A DNA stretch of 64,000 bases from contig OX597838.1 in NCBI GenBank assembly GCA_951406725.2, positions 22,754,001 to 22,818,000 on the forward strand, read 5' to 3'. Under the pieces are notes generated by a model that saw nothing but the letters and a program-made list of their open reading frames with translations, had not been told where the DNA came from and searched no databases. Position numbers and translations under genes: made by a program. This document shows positions 59,155 to 64,000 of this stretch, piece after piece. The DNA comes from Octopus vulgaris. Lineage: Eukaryota. The first letter of the stretch is position 1, and each line of letters starts with the position of its first letter.

Positions 59155-59198
59155 TCAAGCACTGTACTCCTGAATGCAGTTGTCACTACAGACTTTTT
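59155..59198 (-). CDS. RNF215: Terminal coding exon, (E)KVCSDNCIQEYSA-stop
   Basis: Acceptor ttttttctttctaattccag|. G from the previous exon plus AA gives Glu, so the phase-1 intron matches. TGA at 59157-59155. The short post-RING tail fits RNF215 better than ZNRF3/RNF43 or RNF13. Confidence 0.8.
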
Positions 59199-59328
59199 CT
59201 GGAATTAGAAAGAAAAAAGGGGGCAAGAAATCATTATAACCCCAAAGGTTAAAGAGATCACATTACATGTACAGCAACCTCCCACCAGCTCACCATGCTC
59301 CTGCAAGTAGCCATTGCAATGTCTTAAA

Positions 59329-59960
59329 CCGGAGGTTCTCAACTAGGGTCCATATGACCCATGGGCTCTATATGGCCCTTGGGATGCCATATGACCCTTT
59401 GGGACCCATATGGGCCTTGGGATGCCATATGGTCCTTTGGGGCCATATGGGCCCTAAGGTGCCATATAGCCCTTTGGGATCCATATGGCCCTTGAGATGC
59501 CATATGACCCTTTGGGGCCCATATGGGCCCTGAGGTGCCATATAGCCCTTTAGAGTCCATATGGACCTGAGGTGCCATATAGCCCTTTGGGGTCCATATG
59601 GCCCTTGGGATGCCATATGACCCATTGGAGCCCATATGGGCCTTGGGATGCCATATGGCCCTTTGGGGCCCATATGGGCCCTGAAGTGCCATATAGTCCT
59701 TTAGGGTCCATATGGACCTGAGGTTCCATATAGCGCTTTGGGGTCCATATGGCCCTTGGGATGCCATATGACCTATTGGTGCCCATATGGGTCTTGGGGT
59801 GCCATATGGCCCTTTTGGATCGGGTCCATATGGACCTTGGGGTGCCATATGGACCTTGGGGTGCCATATGGCCCTTTTGGGTCCATATGGACCTTGGGGT
59901 ACAATATGGCACTTTTGGGTCCATATAACATTTTGGTGTTATAACTGATGCAATAAATTA
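59329..59960 (+). repeat. CCATATGG-based minisatellite (units about 20-22 bp) at a hAT-like MITE end, in the last RNF215 intron
   Basis: Starts CGGAGGTTCTCAAC, similar to the hAT terminus CAGTGGTTCTCAAC, followed by nearly 30 CCATAT(G/A) units. Confidence 0.85.
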
Positions 59961-60150
59961 TCTTTTATCGTTTGCTTGTTTCAGCCATCAGAGTGTGACC
60001 ATGCTGGAGCAGTGCCTTGTATGATTTTTAGTTGAATGAATCAACACCAAGACTGTTTTTCTTTTCAAGCCTATAAGTTTCTTTTGCCGAACCGCCAGGT
60101 CATGGGGGACATAAGCACACCAACGCGCGCACACACACACACACACACAA

Positions 60151-60183
<33 letters not shown>

Positions 60184-60651
60184 GATACAAACACCACACC
60201 TCTAACACCCCCTCATCATCCACCTCACCTCATCCCCATCATCCGAGTCAACATAACATGGGAACCTTCCTTCACATGGCCTCAAGCCCTTGTTAGAAAT
60301 AGCAAGCCCAAATCTTCCTCAAATAAAACTGCCAATGCCTCAAAAAAAAAAAGAAGAAAAAAGGAGACTATAGATAATGTTCACTGCAGATGAGGAAAAA
60401 AGACAGGATGGCCACGGGTGGAATGTTCTTGATTACATGTCTGCCAGACCAGCATTAACCTGGGACTAAACTAAAGCAATAATACAGACTACCCCTACCA
60501 CCACCACTACTAATCATCATCATCATCATCATCATCGTCATCGTCGCTGTCATCATCATCATCATCATCGTCGTCATCGTCGCCGTCATCATCATCATCA
60601 TCATCATCATCCCAAAGTCATAAAGAGCAATTTAATGTGTGATGAGAGTCA

Positions 60652-60888
<237 letters not shown>

Positions 60889-61534
60889 TTATTTCTAAGG
60901 TTTTTAGTTTGTCTAGATCTTTATTTGTCAAACTGCTAGACTGTGGGACATAAGCAACAGAACCAGTTTTTAAGCAGTATAAATATAAACACTGACAGAC
61001 AGAAAGAGACACATACACACACACACACACACACACTCACACGTGTGAGTGTACATATATATATATATATATGCATGCATATACACACACACACTTGCAC
61101 AGACATACATATATGTGTGTGCATTTATATATATATATATACACACACCATGTTGTTCCCACCCCATATATATTTATACAGGGTGCAATGGGTAAATTGT
61201 TGCTATTTTATATTTTTAACTTCGTGCATATACTCTTTACTCTTTTACTTGTTTCAGCCACTTGACTGTGGCCATGCTAGAGCACCGCTTATAGTCGAGG
61301 AAATCGACCCCCAGGACTTATTCTTTGCAAGCCTAGTACTTATTCTATCGGTCTATGCAGTGTTTTTTTTTTTATTTTGTCGACAAATACAACTATATCA
61401 TAAGCTACTAGTTTCACCACAATAAACACCACTACAACTATATCATAAGCTGCTACTTTCACTACAATAAACACCACTACAGAACAACAACAATAAGAAA
61501 AGTAATGGCATCAATGCCACCACAACCTACATAC

Positions 61535-61666
61535 CTGTTTCTGAGAGAAATGATCAAGGCAGATGGCACAAGTGTCTTGGTAGTAATCACCGTAAGCTAA
61601 AGGTTGCTGGTATGACTGTGTCCCTATCAGGTTTAGAACCCTGGACGCCAGCTGGTAGGTGGCCAC
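61535..61666 (-). CDS. RNF215: Internal coding exon of a RING-H2 E3 ubiquitin ligase (RNF215-like), N-terminal half of the RING
   Basis: Minus strand: acceptor ...ctgattacag|, 132 nt open ([44 protein letters not shown]), donor |gtatgt. Phase 0/0. [13 protein letters not shown] resembles vertebrate RNF215 TCAVCLDYFCNKQ as recalled. Upstream exons are not identifiable in this window. Confidence 0.9.
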
Positions 61667-61857
61667 CTGTAATCAGGTTGAAAATATCATTACACATTAA
61701 CATAAAATACTGTCTTCACAGATTAGTTGGTTTTTTTGCTAACCAATCGCTTACTATTTCCAAGATACAACTAAAAGCAATGACTTATATTTCACACAAC
61801 ATACATATATATAGGCAACCGCTTGACAGTGAAGACAAGGATACACATAATTACAGT

Positions 61858-61890
<33 letters not shown>

Positions 61891-62661
61891 ATATATATAG
61901 ATATACATATATATATATACATATATACATATATATATATACACACCACACACACACACACACATATATATATACATATATACATATATATAGAGAGAGA
62001 GGGGGGGAAGAGAGAGAAATATGCACATATATGTATATATAATAATGGAGAAATTATACAAAATGTGTAAATGGATGATGAGTAAAACACCAGCACAGTT
62101 TCGATTACCTGTTGTTTTTTTTTTTCTTTTATTTGTTTCAGTCATTTGACTGCAGCCATTCTGGAGCACCGCCATTAGTCAAACAAATCGACCCAAGGAC
62201 TTATTTTTGCGCAAGACTCGATAGTGGAAAGTTTTGGAATTAGGAAGGTGGGATAATTTATTAAAACTTTTATTTTTTAAATTTTGTATTGGATAATCGT
62301 ATTAACTCCATTGTGAAAACCAAGAACTAAAAAAAAAATTTTAAACGGTAGAAAATTTTGGAATTAGGGGTAAGGGGAGAAATGTTTTTTTTTTAATTAT
62401 TGAATAATCGTATTAATTGCATTATGCAGAAGACAGCATCGGGAAAAAAAATTGTGAAAATTGGTAAAAATAAAAGGGCTTTAGTTCGTGCTTCGAATAG
62501 AATTTCGCCAGAATACCGATATTAAAAAAAATAATAAAATAGATAAGGGACAAAACTCCTTGATCAAATTATATTCAAGAGTGATGTCCCTTTAGAGAGT
62601 TATGTTTCTTATTACAGAGTTATTCCACTTGGTTTTTTCCTCCAAGTTACGTCGATAAAAT

Positions 62662-62725
62662 CAGCGGTCCCCAACCTCCGGGCCTCGAATTATTTGTTAC
62701 CGGGCCGCATAAAGAGAATAAATTT
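62662..62725 (+). mobile_element. hAT/Charlie-type MITE terminus fragment
   Basis: CAGCGGTCCCCAACC...CCGGGCCGCA. Confidence 0.55.
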
Positions 62726-64000
62726 TTAAACTTTAGCTTTAGTATAGTGACTAATGCAATCTGAAGTGTTTTCTGTTGGAAAACTACCGCTTCCGTCTCA
62801 GCCTCTTTCCAGTACACGTCTAAGTCACAGTTTCTTTTCATGTACCGATAAATGTAGCAATAATTAATAATTCCTTCTACATAAGGTACGAAACCTGAAA
62901 TTTTTTGATGGGGTGGGGGTATACTCAATTACATCGACCCCAGTACGTAACTGGTACGTATTTTATCGACCCCGAAATGATTAAAGGCAAAGTCGACCTC
63001 TGCGAAATTTGGTCTCTGAACAAAAAGACGGACGAAATGCCGCTAACGATTCTTGTCTACTCTAGGCACAAGGCCCGAAATTTTGGGGTAGGGGGCCAGT
63101 CGATTAGATCGATCTCAGTATGCAACTGGTACTTAATTTATCGACTCCGAAAGGATGGATGAAAGGCAAAGTCGACTTCGGCGGAATTTGAACTTCGAAC
63201 GTAAAAACACGAAATATCTCTAAGCCTTTTGCCTGGCGTGCTAACGTTTCTGCCAGATCACTGGGGTACCACTTTTAATGGTTTTAGAAAAATAAATTAA
63301 TCCCAGTACTTACTCTTTTATTTGTTTCAGTCATTTGACTGTGGCCATGCTGGAGCACCGCCTTTAGTCGAGGAAATTCGACTTATTCTTTGTAAGCCTA
63401 GGACTTATTCTATCGGTCTATTTTGCCAAATCGTTAAGTAAAGGGGACGTAAACACACCAGCATTGGTTGTCAAGCGATGTTGGGGGAGACAAACACAGA
63501 CACACAAACACACACACATACACACACACATACACACACATATATATATATATATACATATATACGACAGGCTTCTTTCAGTTTCCATCTACCAAATCCA
63601 TTCACAAGGCTTTGGTCGGCCCAAGGCTACAATAGAAGACACTTGCCCAAGGTGCCACGCAGTGGGACTTGAACCCGGAACCATGTGGTTAGGGTTAGGA
63701 TTCTTGTAGAAAACATTTGCTCAAGGTATCATGCAGTGGGACTGAACTCAGGGCCATGGTGTTGGGAAGCAAACATCGTACCACACAGTCACACTTTCAC
63801 CTATGAATGTTACTTGAGAATTTTTTTCTTTTTGTTTCCCTAATACAATAGAAGGCAGGTGTAGGAAGATAGTGATGGGTGGAAGAAGGGACAAGCCCAC
63901 AGCATTTGCAGGATTCTGAGTGGTAGATGCAACAGATACAGTTGACATTCTTCTTATATTGTTGCAAAAATCAATACAAGCAGGGATGGAGTTCCTGAGG

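Noticed and set aside
59339-59944. Collagen-like GPYGP repeat ORFs
   Set aside because: Translation of the CCATATGG minisatellite. Frames shift between units and it lies in an intron.
62785-62860. Possible further RNF215 exon (YRYMKRNCDLDVYWKEAETEA)
   Set aside because: No suitable acceptor AG, weak donor (GTAGTT), no transmembrane segment, and it abuts a SINE.

Overview
Repeat-saturated animal genomic DNA. The SINE families and extreme microsatellite load point to an octopus or other coleoid cephalopod (inference). Almost all ORFs in the supplied track are translations of microsatellites or SINEs. One real host gene is visible and was missed by the ORF track: the last three coding exons of a minus-strand RING-H2 E3 ligase most similar to RNF215 (61666-61535, 60759-60657, 59198-59155), with canonical GT-AG sites and matching phases. 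The rest is a mobile-element graveyard: two abundant tRNA-derived SINE families, decayed LINEs (RTE, CR1, R4/Dong), mariner, Tc2/pogo, piggyBac and hAT remnants, Penelope-like (PLE) GIY-YIG remnants, and several minisatellites. Main unexplained patterns: (1) about a dozen type-I hammerhead-ribozyme-like motifs of several families, some with a conserved non-canonical core (CCGA or CUGU) or very long stem II, one in an inverted pLTR-like pair; (2) SINE copies flanked by very long (about 80-170 bp) direct repeats that appear to seed tandem arrays; (3) miRNA-like hairpins and long fold-backs. All calls were made by eye, with no database search or folding software.
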